The notes under the pieces are model-generated. The model was not told the origin of the DNA, made no database searches, and saw only the letters and a list, made by a program, of their open reading frames with translations. Below are positions 10,082 through 20,874 of a DNA stretch of 64,000 nt, piece by piece. The position numbers and the translations under genes are program-made. This stretch comes from Nitrosopumilaceae archaeon (GTDB lineage: Archaea > Thermoproteota > Nitrososphaeria > Nitrososphaerales > Nitrosopumilaceae), in NCBI GenBank assembly GCA_965209085.1, contig OZ242376.1:672001-736000 (forward strand), given 5' to 3'. Position 1 is the stretch's first letter, and every line of letters begins with the position of its first letter.

Positions 10082-11413
10082 TCCATGTGAATATTTTTTA
10101 AACGTTTCTTGCTTTTTTGTGTCATGCGGTATGGCTTTCGCTATGTGTCTGGTTCCAACCAAAAGATGAAAAGACATTTACCCATTCGGGATTTAATACC
10201 ACAACCATCTTTATCCACATGTTAAAGCTTACCGCAGTTATACAGCCGGGGTAACATCCCCAAAGTCTAACCCGCGGTTTGTTGCTTTAACTATGATGTA
10301 TTTCAAATTCACTCCTATCCTTTAGCATACAAAATATGACATCAAGCATGTTGGCCGCTGCTGCAACTTTGGCCTTGGATGATCCTCTCTTTTTTGCAAG
10401 ACGTCGGTAAAATTCAGAAATGTTACTCTCTGATGCAAATCAGACATGGGTGGTAACAGCTTCCACCAGTGCCCACCGTATCATCCTGCTGCCTCTTTTT
10501 GTTATATGTCCATGATGTACCACATCTGCTGAATTGCGAACCGATGGGGCAAGACTCGCATATGATTTGAGTTGTTTTGGTTCAGAAAACCTCTCATTTT
10601 CATCAATCTCTGCTGCCAGTACCAATGAAATAAAATCACCTATGCCAGGTATTGTCTTGAGCAACATTGCATCCTTGTTTGAACAGGATGCGTTGTGTAC
10701 TTTTATGTTTGAGTCTGCAATTTTTGTATTAACGAATCCAATAGAATCCAAATATCCGTTTATACGGCAATCCTTTAGAGAACGCAGTTTTCTATTGTAT
10801 GCAAGCGTAAATGTTGCTCCAAAGATCTTTATCACTCCCTGTAACAAAATTCCATGTATTTTGTTTTTTAGAGTTGTCCTTGTCTTGATAAGACTCACGA
10901 TATCGTACAAGTTGTCGTTGTTCCACTATGTCCTTGTTTGAGACATGACAGAGGGATATGCATCCACACCGTAATAGGTCTGCAAGTGTTACAGCATCCC
11001 TCTTGTCGGTCTTTTTCTTGGATGCGGCGATGATTTTTGTCGCCCATGGATTTGACAATACGACATCATAACCCATTTTATCTGTCATGTATCGATATAA
11101 TCCGTACCATACGGACGAAGATTCCATTACGATTTTTGCATTTTCAGGTACACTTGATCTGAAGAATCGGCTGATGGACTTGTTTTCATTTTCAATCCTC
11201 TCATTAAAAATCACTTTGGCTTTTTCATCCATCATTGCAATTTGGAGAAATTTCTTGTGAACGTCCATTCCAACAAACATATCCTTCCCAGAATATGTGG
11301 CAATCTGTTTGTTTACATTTGGATCTTTTTTAGATGATTTACGTTTCGGTGATACGGATCGTTTGACATTCTTACAACCATCTGTGGTCTTAGAAGCTCC
11401 CTTCACATATGGT
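10082..11413 (-). mobile_element. IS110 family A copy 2 (frameshift and premature stop)
   Basis: TA cores at 10080-81 and 11414-15. ORFs 10792-11406 and 10440-10910. Confidence 0.92.
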
Positions 11414-11880
11414 TATAACTGATAGAAAAGGTGATGCGCTACAGCTTTCCAGTCTACTAGAGGATGCAAAAAACGTTCTCGGGAAACGACCTGTGCTAAA
11501 CGGGGATGGAAGTTATGATTCAAAGGAGAATTTTAATTATTGTCACAGGCTGGAAGTGGATGCAAGAATTAAAGTTAGCATAAACTCTGGGTTAAATGCT
11601 GGAGGATTTGCACGCAATTCCCCAGTACGGGATCAGCTCGGTGGATGAAAAGATCGCTAACGTATAATGCACATACGCAAAGATGAGATGATACACAATA
11701 GGATCGAGTGGAAAAACGTGTGCATTATGGACGGAGATGGATAACAGAGGTAGTTTTTTCAGCGTTTAAGAAAATCTTTGGTGATTCTGTATACTCTAAG
11801 AAATGGGACAATATTGTCCAGGAGATTCGAATAAAAGTATCAGCATATTGGCTGTTTCTAGTGACGATCTGTATTGATTT
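11414..11880 (+). pseudogene. C-terminal half of an IS5-family transposase (N-half at 15733-16184, opposite strand)
   Basis: ITDRKGDA...GDGSYDS...RWITEVVFSAFKKIFG. Joins in frame to the minus-strand sequence ending at 15733. Confidence 0.75.
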
Positions 11881-11960
11881 TTGATTCAAATCCATTGCTG
11901 TGTACACCATTGTCTTTTTCGTAGTTTAAGGGCTTTTTGATTTTTTCATACATACCACCT
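11850..11960 (-). pseudogene. Short N-terminal relic of another IS110 transposase
   Basis: MVYTAMDLNQKSIQIV resembles the first RuvC-like strand. GGAGG upstream. Confidence 0.35.
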
Positions 11961-12344
11961 CCTACAGGGATCCACATCAGACCATTTTTTCTATGTGTAT
12001 GTGTATCACAAAATTAAGAAAAATTTAATACCACACAAGTAAATTTAATCATATTGGAGAAGTTAATATCTAAACTTGCACATATGGATTGTCACGTTAT
12101 TTGCATATCCCATAAAGCTGATGTGGATGGCATTGGTGCTGCTACTTTAATAAAAAAAATTTTTAATGCAGAACCAATTTTAGTAGATACTAATGATTTT
12201 ATTAAAACACTTGAGATTGTTTCTAATACTGAAAAATTAAAAAAACTCTATATTTGTGATTTTGGTATCGATATTAAAGATACACAACAATTCAACAAAA
12301 TAATAAATAATCTCATTGCCAAAAATATTTTGGTAACATATATT

Positions 12345-13601
12345 AGATGCCTTGCGTAATAAAGAAATTCGATCATGCAGTCCAAACTTTTAGATCACAT
12401 CGATCTATTTTCATGCATATTTACGGTGTTTTGTGTTCTCAGAAACGACAATGCGCAAAAAACCGCATGCATTCAAGGCGTTTACCGGTCTTACGGTCGA
12501 AGAATTTGATTCCTTGATTCCTGGCATACGTAAAAAATATCTTGAATGCCAGCTGGATGTTGCAGATGCAGCAGAAAGACAACGAAGTCCAGGAGGAGGC
12601 AGGAAACATCACTTGTCACTGCCAGATCGGTTAATAATGACGCTTGTTTATTTACGAGAATACCAGTCGTATGAAAAAATAGGATACATGTTTGACTTGG
12701 ATCAAAGTAATGTACAACGAAACATAGGCATGATTCTAAAGATATTGGCAGATATTCTTCCAACTCCACATAAACTACACAAACAAGTTTTAGAAATAAA
12801 ATCTTCCAAAGATCTTGAAAAGAATTTTCCAGACAATTATTGCGTTACAGATGCTACAGAACAACGGGTATGGCGTCCAAGTGACAAGGAAGAACAAAAG
12901 AAAAACTATTCTGGCAAGCACAAAACACATACTAGAAAAACAACAGAAGTCATAAACGGAAACGGAATGATCTTGTATAGCTCAATGTCATATCCTGGCA
13001 GTGTACACGATTATGCCATTGTGAAAGAGAATCACCCACTGCAGTGTGAAAACAAAATTACGCAGGATCTGCTGAATTCTGTCTCAAATCTCTATGATAG
13101 CGCATATCAGGGAATACATGACGCGTTTCCACAAGCAAATTCGATCATACCCTGTAAAAAATATAAAAACAAAAAGAGAACCCGTGAACAAATATTTCAC
13201 AATAAATTACTCTCAAGCGTACGTGTGCGGATAGAACATGTTTACAGCAGAATTAAGAAATTCAACATACGCCGAGATGTATTCCGATCCCGATTTGATA
13301 AATATGATGGAATCGTGCAGGTTGTAAACGGATTAATAAATTACAAAAATGAGTGGGCACGCTCATTATAATATCATACTGCACGCCAGATATTGACCAG
13401 ATGTACATGTTGTCGTGTGGATTTGCAAACCTACATTGTTCCAACATGAATTACTGCAAACGGTGATCACATAATTGACATGTGGCGTATTGTCTTAGAT
13501 TAACTGTAAATCATATTCCAGAATGTGATTTTTTAACATAACACTTTAATTATTAGGCACAATATATTGTTATGCCGAATTTTTTATTACGCAAGACATC
13601 T
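12345..13601 (+). mobile_element. IS5-family (ISL2-like) element, intact
   Basis: TIRs AGATGCCTTGCGTAATAAAGAAATTCG / CGAATTTTTTATTACGCAAGACATCT and ATT target duplication (12342-44, 13602-04). Confidence 0.92.
12433..13371 (+). CDS. IS5-family transposase (HTH_Tnp_4 + DDE_Tnp_4 type)
   Basis: FKAFTGLTVEEF, DATEQ, YSGKHKTHT, GSVHD, YDSAYQG, RVRIEHV. Confidence 0.9.
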   Translation: MFSETTMRKKPHAFKAFTGLTVEEFDSLIPGIRKKYLECQLDVADAAERQRSPGGGRKHHLSLPDRLIMTLVYLREYQSYEKIGYMFDLDQSNVQRNIGMILKILADILPTPHKLHKQVLEIKSSKDLEKNFPDNYCVTDATEQRVWRPSDKEEQKKNYSGKHKTHTRKTTEVINGNGMILYSSMSYPGSVHDYAIVKENHPLQCENKITQDLLNSVSNLYDSAYQGIHDAFPQANSIIPCKKYKNKKRTREQIFHNKLLSSVRVRIEHVYSRIKKFNIRRDVFRSRFDKYDGIVQVVNGLINYKNEWARSL

Positions 13602-14327
13602 ATTGATCATCACGATACAGACCAAAAAATTATTGAAGAATTAAAAATTAAAATAAATGTAATTCATAATAGTTCTGAATGCGCAACAGTTCTTGCATAC
13701 AATGAATTTGGTGAAAATTTATCATATACTGCACAATTTTTAGCTGCATGTGCTGCAATCACTGATTATACCGACAAAGCACCTAAAAGCAGTAAGCTTG
13801 TAAGCATGTTTGATCGACAATTTTTATTTGCAAATGCTACAATGTTTACCTATTACATTTCAGATAATCAAAAGAAGGATAATGTTTTAGAAAAATTGAT
13901 CATAGAATTAATAAATTCTAATCTTCCCTGTGAAATTACAGGATTATATAAAAGTGCAAAAGATGCAATGTCAAAAATTGCACAATTGATTCCATATGTG
14001 GATAAAAATAAAATCATTTTGGATAATCTCGCATATTTAGAAATCAAAAAATCTTGGCGCCCACGTGATGTCACTCATTTTGTTCATGGTTTATCAGGCA
14101 AAAATGTTGGAATTGCGTATAAAAAGAAGTCAAATAATGAGTACGGCGTGTCAATAAAAGGTTCAGGGGACAATCCTCATTTGGGAAATTTGGTAAGCAC
14201 ATTAGCACCTAAATTTGGTGGATTTGGATGTGGGCTTAAAAACGCATGTGGTTGCAACATACCAACATTAAAAATGATTTCATTCATACATGAATTTGAT
14301 AAACATGTTGGATTATATTTTAATAGT

Positions 14328-14399
14328 AGACCGTATGCATAATCGTTCAAATCGGTCATTTTTATTCGTAAAAATTGTGAATTTGGTTCATTATGCATA
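14328..14399. mobile_element. MITE (72 of 78 bp) with IS110-A3 starting in its right TIR
   Basis: AGACCGTATGCATAATCG...CATTATGCA-TA. The missing tip (AGGTCC) lies inverted at 10074-10079. Confidence 0.85.
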
Positions 14400-15730
14400 A
14401 CCATATGTGAATAGAGCTTCTAAGACCACAGATGGTTGTAAGAATGTCAAACGATCCGTATCACCGAAACGTAAATCATCTAAAAAAGATCCAAATGTAA
14501 ACAAACAGATTGCCACATATTCTGGGAAGGATATGTTTGTTGGAATGGACGTTCACAAGAAATTTCTCCAAATTGCAATGATGGATGAAAAAGCCAAAGT
14601 GATTTTTAATGAGAGGATTGAAAATGAAAACAAGTCCATCAGCCGATTCTTCAGATCAAGTGTACCTGAAAATGCAAAAATCGTAATGGAATCTTCGTCC
14701 GTATGGTACGGATTATATCGATACATGACAGATAAAATGGGTTATGATGTCGTATTGTCAAATCCATGGGCGACAAAAATCATCGCCGCATCCAAGAAAA
14801 AGACCGACAAGAGGGATGCTGTAACACTTGCAGACCTATTACGGTGTGGATGCATATCCCTCTGTCATGTCTCAAACAAGGACATAGTGGAACAACGACA
14901 ACTTGTACGATATCGTGAGTCTTATCAAGACAAGGACAACTCTAAAAAACAAAATACATGGAATTTTGTTACAGGGAGTGATAAAGATCTTTGGAGCAAC
15001 ATTTACGCTTGCATACAATAGAAAACTGCGTTCTCTAAAGGATTGCCGTATAAACGGATATTTGGATTCTATTGGATTCGTTAATACAAAAATTGCAGAC
15101 TCAAACATAAAAGTACACAACGCATCCTGTTCAAACAAGGATGCAATGTTGCTCAAGACAATACCTGGCATAGGTGATTTTATTTCATTGGTACTGGCAG
15201 CAGAGATTGATGAAAATGAGAGGTTTTCTGAACCAAAACAACTCAAATCATATGCGAGTCTTGCCCCATCGGTTCGCAATTCAGCAGATGTGGTACATCA
15301 TGGACATATAACAAAAAGAGGCAGCAGGATGATACGGTGGGCACTGGTGGAAGCTGTTACCACCCATGTCTGATTTGCATCAGAGAGTAACATTTCTGAA
15401 TTTTACCGACGTCTTGCAAAAAAGAGAGGATCATCCAAGGCCAAAGTTGCAGCAGCGGCCAAGATGCTGGATATCATATTTCGTATGCTAAAGGATAGGA
15501 GTGAATTTGAAATACATCATCGTTAAAGCAACAAACCGCGAGTTAGAGTTTGGGGATGTTACCCCGTTGCATAACTGCGGTAAGCTTTAACATGTGGATA
15601 AAGATGGTTGTGGGATTAAATCCCGAATGGATAGATGTCTTTTTACCTTTTGACTGGAAACAAACACATAGCGAAAGCCATACCGCATGACACAAAAAAG
15701 CAAGAAACCTTTAAAAAGTATTCACATGGA
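14400..15730 (+). mobile_element. IS110 family A copy 3 (same lesions as copy 2)
   Basis: ACCATATGTG...TTCACATGGA flanked by TA. ORFs 14407-15021 and 14903-15373. Confidence 0.92.
15527..15730 (+). ncRNA. Predicted bridge/seek RNA in the IS110-A3 right end
   Basis: Target loop AGAGTTT-[GGGG ATGTTA CCCC]-GTTGCATA inside stem ACCGCG/TGCGGT. Donor loop ATGGTTG-[GGGAT TAA ATCCC]-ATGGATA. Transcript ends unknown. Confidence 0.7.
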
Positions 15731-15732
15731 TA

Positions 15733-16184
15733 ACTCTAAAGGCGAATATTTTTCTAGTTTTGATTTCTACAAGAAAGTGTATCTTGATAAATCCGTGCCG
15801 TACGTTCCATTTTTCACGTATCCGTTCGCCACGATCGTTTAGCTGCAGGTAGATAACTGTCAACTGTCAGCATGTGCAATCGTTGTCAGTTCTGTACACA
15901 TGCTCATCATAATTTAGCGTTACATCAAGTGCATTTATCCTTCTGCACATGGTGGTGTGATCTGATACATCATCTCTTAGAATGCTGCGTGCTATTCCCT
16001 CGTATGCCCTGTAAGAGATGCCCGTACACGATTTGATTAATGCAAGCGTTTCAAACATGCTGTATGTATACTTGAAACGTCTGCCGTTTTTGTTCTTGTT
16101 TTTTGCTCTGATTTGGATCCTCCAGACTCGGGATTTTTTAAAATTCAAAAATTTACCGCGTGCGATGCATCTGTGATCACTCAT
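15733..16184 (-). pseudogene. N-terminal half of the split IS5-family transposase
   Basis: GRRFKYT...ISYRAYEG...DHTTMCRRIN, then (after frameshifts) LVEIKTRKIFAFRV up to the IS110 junction. Confidence 0.75.
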
Positions 16185-16256
16185 GCAGACAACATCTCAC
16201 GGTAATGCCACCTGTCTGTATACGGTGCGGTGAAGACATACGACAGAAATATTAAT

Positions 16257-16392
16257 TGACATGATGTACTCAACACGGATCATCTATGGTGGGTTTTGTT
16301 TTCATCGATAATCCATATATCTGGGGGTGATCTATTTGTTTAGATGAGATTATTGTCAGATGTGCAGTTTAGGCAGGTTATACAACTACGTA
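16257..16392 (-). repeat. Copy of a non-coding repeat or IS end also found at 51265-51402
   Basis: Reverse complement TACGTAGTTGTATAACCTGCCTAAACTGCACATCTGACAATAATCTCATCTAAAC matches 51265 onward. Confidence 0.7.
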
Positions 16393-16402
16393 AAAAAGAT
16401 GG

Positions 16403-16945
16403 ATGCCGATTAATGTGTCATCCCAAACGATTCTTGGACAAAAATGTTTGCGAGAATTAAACATATGGTCAATAAACGATTCACTAGACGTTATTTCGTT
16501 CCTAAATGACAGGATTTACCAATTGGATCTTCGAATACGTAAAAAAGCAGAAAATGGCAAATATGCAAAAATCCTTATCACCATGCCTGGAATATCATAC
16601 TATTCGGCACTTTCTATATCTGCAGAGATTGTAGACATTGACAGATTTGAAAACCATGAACACTTGTGTTCATATGCACGATTGATTCCAAGAGTGTATC
16701 AATCTGGGGAAAAGCTAGAGATGCGCGCTGTAGGAAAACGTGGAAGTCAAATGCTCAGCTGGATGACTGTACAATGCATGTTTGTTCACAGAAAAAATTG
16801 TCCAAATTCGGTAATCACCATACACTACAACAAGATAGCAGAAAGACGCAACAAATCAAAGGCAAAGATCGTAGCGGCTAGAAAGATGATGAAAATCATC
16901 TATGTAATGCTAAAAGAAAACACATCTTTTAGACATGATGGATAA
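16403..16945 (+). pseudogene. C-terminal fragment of a divergent IS110 transposase (family D)
   Basis: TMPGISYYSALSISAEIVDIDRF...LIPRVYQSG...AKIVAARKMMKIIYVMLK. The DEDD domain is missing. Confidence 0.8.
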
Positions 16946-17258
16946 GTGGACGGCATAAAGGCCCATAACGTTCTTGTACTACAAGTGCGTGAATGAGGTC
17001 GGGTCCATAATGCCGCATAAGCGAAAACCACGATGCGTTTGGAACGTGAATAGTAGTATGCGATCCATCTGATTCAAAATCCACAAATGTGGAGACTGAC
17101 CCATAGCGATAGATATGCACCGTTTTAAACAAAACCGTGTAAGTTTATAACAAAATGACTCCAATCGTTCATAGGAGAACCATTCTTTTGAAAATATTAA
17201 TACAAGAACCAATCATGGTTGATCATGGTATTATATGTAAAAGATGTAACAGTTGTAG

Positions 17259-20126
17259 ATGATATGGTGTTTAATATTGACCACAAGTGAAACCGAGTTA
17301 AACAGTGCCATGTCTGAAGTTCTAAATGATATGCGTGAAAATTGGAATGTAAAAGGTGAACAGATGGGAAAGATTTTGGAAGGAGGAAAGAGACCTGACA
17401 TAATAATTACAGAAGAAGGTTATGCTCCAGTAATTATAGAAAATGAATTTGAACCTGCAATTACGGTGGAAACGGATGCTAAAGAACGACTTCATCTTAA
17501 ACATCGTGATACAGGATTGAATATAGAATCATTAATAGCAATTAAAGTTCCTAAACAATTGAAAAATTTTAATGGGATGGAACTAAGATCTGAATTAACA
17601 AAAACCAATACATTGCAATACGTCATATATACTCCAGAGAGATATCCTGATAAAGGATGGATTATTGGTAATCTTGTAGATATAGTAACAGCTGCACAAA
17701 TAATATCAATTCCAAAACAACAAGTAGAAGAATGTGTAAATTTATTAAATGAAAGTATGAAAAGAATTTCAAATCATATAAATACACTTAATGATCAAAA
17801 AAAACAAGAAATTGCAAACAGATTAAATCAAAATCCGTGTGAACAAACATGGAAAATGGCAGCATTAGTCACATCAAATGCTTTATTGTTTTATGATATT
17901 ATCTCTGGAACTAATGAAGCAGAAAACATAAATATAAAAAGTATATCAAAATTACATATTCTTGGATCTATTCCACAAAATATGTTAGTAGAAGCTTGGA
18001 ATAATGTATTAAAAATTAATTATTATCCGATATTCAAAGTCGCACAAGATATATTGCAAATCATGAATGAAGATGTAGCTAGTAAAGTAATACAGGAATT
18101 AGTAAAAACTAATGGTGTGGTCATTGCAAAACGATTGACACGATCATCTGATATGTATGGATTATTATTTCAAAAAGTAATAAGTGATCGAAGTAAGCTT
18201 GCTACATTTTATACTAGACCAGAATCTGCTGTACTTATAGCAACTATTGTGGTTCCATCTCCAACGGATAATTTATGGAATGATGAAAATATTTTAAAAT
18301 ATCGTGTAGCAGATTTTGCATGTGGTACTGGCATATTACTTACATCTATCTATAAAAAAATAATTTCCAATTATGAAATTAATGGAGGTAACATGAAGAT
18401 TATGCATACCCGTATGATGGAGAATTGCATCCATGGTCTTGACGTGCTTCCAATTGCTACACATTTGACAGTGTCTGCATTAGCTAGTATATTTCCTACA
18501 AGAATATTCACTAAAACAAAAATTCATACTATGCCCATAGGTATACAATTAAAAGGTGAAAAAGATTACAGGTTAGGATCATTGGATCTAATAGACGATA
18601 CTAATAAAAGTACACTATTTCCTTCTAGTCAACAAATCACAGGAAGTGGTGAAAGTGGCAGCACACACCATGGAATACATGACGCATCATGCGATTTAAT
18701 TGTAATGAATCCTCCATTTGTTAGACCAACAAATCATGTTGGTACGCACCAGGGTGATGCAGTTCCTGCATATGCCGCGTTTAATACAACAATCGAGGAT
18801 CAGAAAGAAATGGGCAAATTAGCAAGTAAAAAATTTCAAGGCACATGCGCTAATGGTAATGCTGGTCTTGCTTCAAATTTTGTTGCAATTTGTGATAAAA
18901 AGATTGCCAAAAATGGCACTATTGCATTAATACTTCCTGCAACGATATGCAATGGAGAAAGTTGGAGTGCAGTACGTACTTTATTTAATAAATATGATAT
19001 CACAGTAATCAGCATAGCAAGAAAAGAACTAAAATTAGAAGATTATGCTTTCTCATCCGATACCGGAATTGGCGAAATAATACTTATTGCCAAAAAACAT
19101 GATAAGCCAAAAAACTCGAATAATAGAGGAAAATTTGTCGTGTTATCTGAAAGACCATCATCGATTCTTAGTGGAATACATATAGGCACTATAATTAAAA
19201 AACAAGGCATTATTCATAAATTGGAAAACGTGCATGGGGGCTCTCTCTTAAAAGTAGGTGATAAAATTGTAGGAACTATGCTTGATTGCCCTATCGATAA
19301 ATTCTGGCCTTTTGTTAATGTTGTTGATCCAGCATTAATTCAGTACATGCACAAAATTACAAATAATACAACTACAAAATTTATTACATTAGGCAAAATA
19401 TCTATGGTCGGGCCACACGCATTAGATATAACAGGAAATAATCTTAGAGGTCCATTTGATCGGCATTATATTGATGGAATACCATTATACCCTACATTAT
19501 GGAATAACGACAAGGATGCACAATCATCACTAATTGTCAAACCAGATCAAATGTTAATACCGCGAATAGATGCAAAAAACGATCATGTTGAAAAAATATG
19601 GAATACATCTACACATATGCATATCAACATAAACCCTAGATATACATCCCAATCTATAATTGCGGCATATACAAATGTGCCATCGGTAGGTGGAAGATCT
19701 TGGCCAAGTATAATATTAAATAAAAAATATGAAAAAGCATTAACTATATGGTGTAATTCGATATTTGGCATATTCTATTTCTGGTACATTACTGGAAAAC
19801 AGCAGTTTGGTCGCGGTATGTCCTCCAGAACCGCTATTTTATCACTATTAGTGCCAGATTTTAATACATTCGATCCAAAAAAATTAAGATTATATAATTC
19901 ATTATTTGATAAATATAGGTATGAAAAATTACTTCCCATATGCCAACTTCATCGCGATAGCACAAGGAAAAAAATTGATAATGAACTAGCTGATATACTG
20001 GATATCGATATAAACTTGGATGATTTGAGGTTACGACTATGTTCAGAACCGTCAATTAGTGGAGGGAAATTAGATGACGATTTGAAAAAATTTGATCGCG
20101 GTCTTTTATCATTTGACAGCGCTTAA
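17259..20126 (+). CDS. Type IIG-like restriction-modification enzyme (955 aa)
   Basis: N-terminal RPDIII...IIENEFE nuclease motif, FYTRP, VADFACGTG and IVMNPPF. AT-rich. Confidence 0.85.
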   Translation: MIWCLILTTSETELNSAMSEVLNDMRENWNVKGEQMGKILEGGKRPDIIITEEGYAPVIIENEFEPAITVETDAKERLHLKHRDTGLNIESLIAIKVPKQLKNFNGMELRSELTKTNTLQYVIYTPERYPDKGWIIGNLVDIVTAAQIISIPKQQVEECVNLLNESMKRISNHINTLNDQKKQEIANRLNQNPCEQTWKMAALVTSNALLFYDIISGTNEAENINIKSISKLHILGSIPQNMLVEAWNNVLKINYYPIFKVAQDILQIMNEDVASKVIQELVKTNGVVIAKRLTRSSDMYGLLFQKVISDRSKLATFYTRPESAVLIATIVVPSPTDNLWNDENILKYRVADFACGTGILLTSIYKKIISNYEINGGNMKIMHTRMMENCIHGLDVLPIATHLTVSALASIFPTRIFTKTKIHTMPIGIQLKGEKDYRLGSLDLIDDTNKSTLFPSSQQITGSGESGSTHHGIHDASCDLIVMNPPFVRPTNHVGTHQGDAVPAYAAFNTTIEDQKEMGKLASKKFQGTCANGNAGLASNFVAICDKKIAKNGTIALILPATICNGESWSAVRTLFNKYDITVISIARKELKLEDYAFSSDTGIGEIILIAKKHDKPKNSNNRGKFVVLSERPSSILSGIHIGTIIKKQGIIHKLENVHGGSLLKVGDKIVGTMLDCPIDKFWPFVNVVDPALIQYMHKITNNTTTKFITLGKISMVGPHALDITGNNLRGPFDRHYIDGIPLYPTLWNNDKDAQSSLIVKPDQMLIPRIDAKNDHVEKIWNTSTHMHININPRYTSQSIIAAYTNVPSVGGRSWPSIILNKKYEKALTIWCNSIFGIFYFWYITGKQQFGRGMSSRTAILSLLVPDFNTFDPKKLRLYNSLFDKYRYEKLLPICQLHRDSTRKKIDNELADILDIDINLDDLRLRLCSEPSISGGKLDDDLKKFDRGLLSFDSA

Positions 20127-20633
20127 AATTTGAACAAATAGACTCTGCACAATCCAATATTGATCAAACATGATGATCTCATACAAAATTATTGATGCAA
20201 AATACAAAAAATCATAGAAATGAATGGAGACTGCTAATTACATTTCATTTTTTTCTTCATTTTTATAGTTTCAAATTCTGTACAAAGATTATCAAGTTCG
20301 TCTGGATGTTCTTTTGTAGCCTTGATCAATGTATTCAAAACATCATGATCGCTAGGCATATTATATATTGCATGTTTTTGGTTATAAATCTTGATGGTGC
20401 ATTAATAGTTCTTAGGGATTTTCTCATAATTCCCTCCTGGAATCATATGTTTATCCGAGTAAAATTGACAACATTTCAAAAGCAATGATGCTTTTGTCTT
20501 TGATACATTTTTTCAATATGCCATTCCAGCCTGAAATCTCCTTCCGCAGATTCCACCGACCTCCGTTATGAGTTCTTTTTACAACTCTGGCCAAAAGATA
20601 TGTTGTTAGAACAATCTCTGGTATGAATTCCAT

Positions 20634-20874
20634 TTATTCGAGCACCTGCCTTGCACCAATTTCTGTGCTAAATCCACAGATGTTTGATAGTCGATTCATA
20701 TCTTGGTGTGTTATCGTACATCTATCATGAGCTAGTCTCAATGAATATGGATACCCTTTGAGGCTATTATTGGCAAGAGAGTTGATCAGTAATTTTATTT
20801 CAGATTCTGTATGACCGTTGTCAAATAATTCCAGTTTTAACAGCGGACAGCAATCCGCAAGGCGTACATATAAT
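20634..20874 (-). pseudogene. nurA: C-terminal remnant of a NurA-family nuclease
   Basis: YVRLAD...LLKLE...KGYPYSLRLAHDRCTI matches the NurA GYPYxLxxAH motif. The 5' part is lost beyond the IS at 20875. Confidence 0.6.

Larger units (their letters stand above)
12054..14342 (+). pseudogene. DHH/DHHA1 phosphoesterase (RecJ/NrnA-like) interrupted by an IS5 element
   Basis: ISHKADVDGIGAA and ICDFG in 12054-12344. Removing 12345-13604 restores VTYI-DHHD. The current stop codon is supplied by a MITE. Confidence 0.85.

Noticed and set aside
15556-15593. Alternative fold ATGTTA/TAACAT for the target loop
   Set aside because: Not conserved in family B, whereas GGGG/CCCC to GGAG/CTCC is compensatory.
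10082-15730. Composite transposon carrying the DHH gene
   Set aside because: The flanks rejoin as two independent insertions followed by an inversion, not as one inserted unit.
20192-20633. Short ORFs downstream of the NurA remnant
   Set aside because: Possibly a decayed gene, but no recognisable motif supports a call.
6322-20874. HerA-NurA operon
   Set aside because: The genes are 11 kb apart, NurA is a fragment, and the ATPase looks like a coupling protein rather than canonical HerA.
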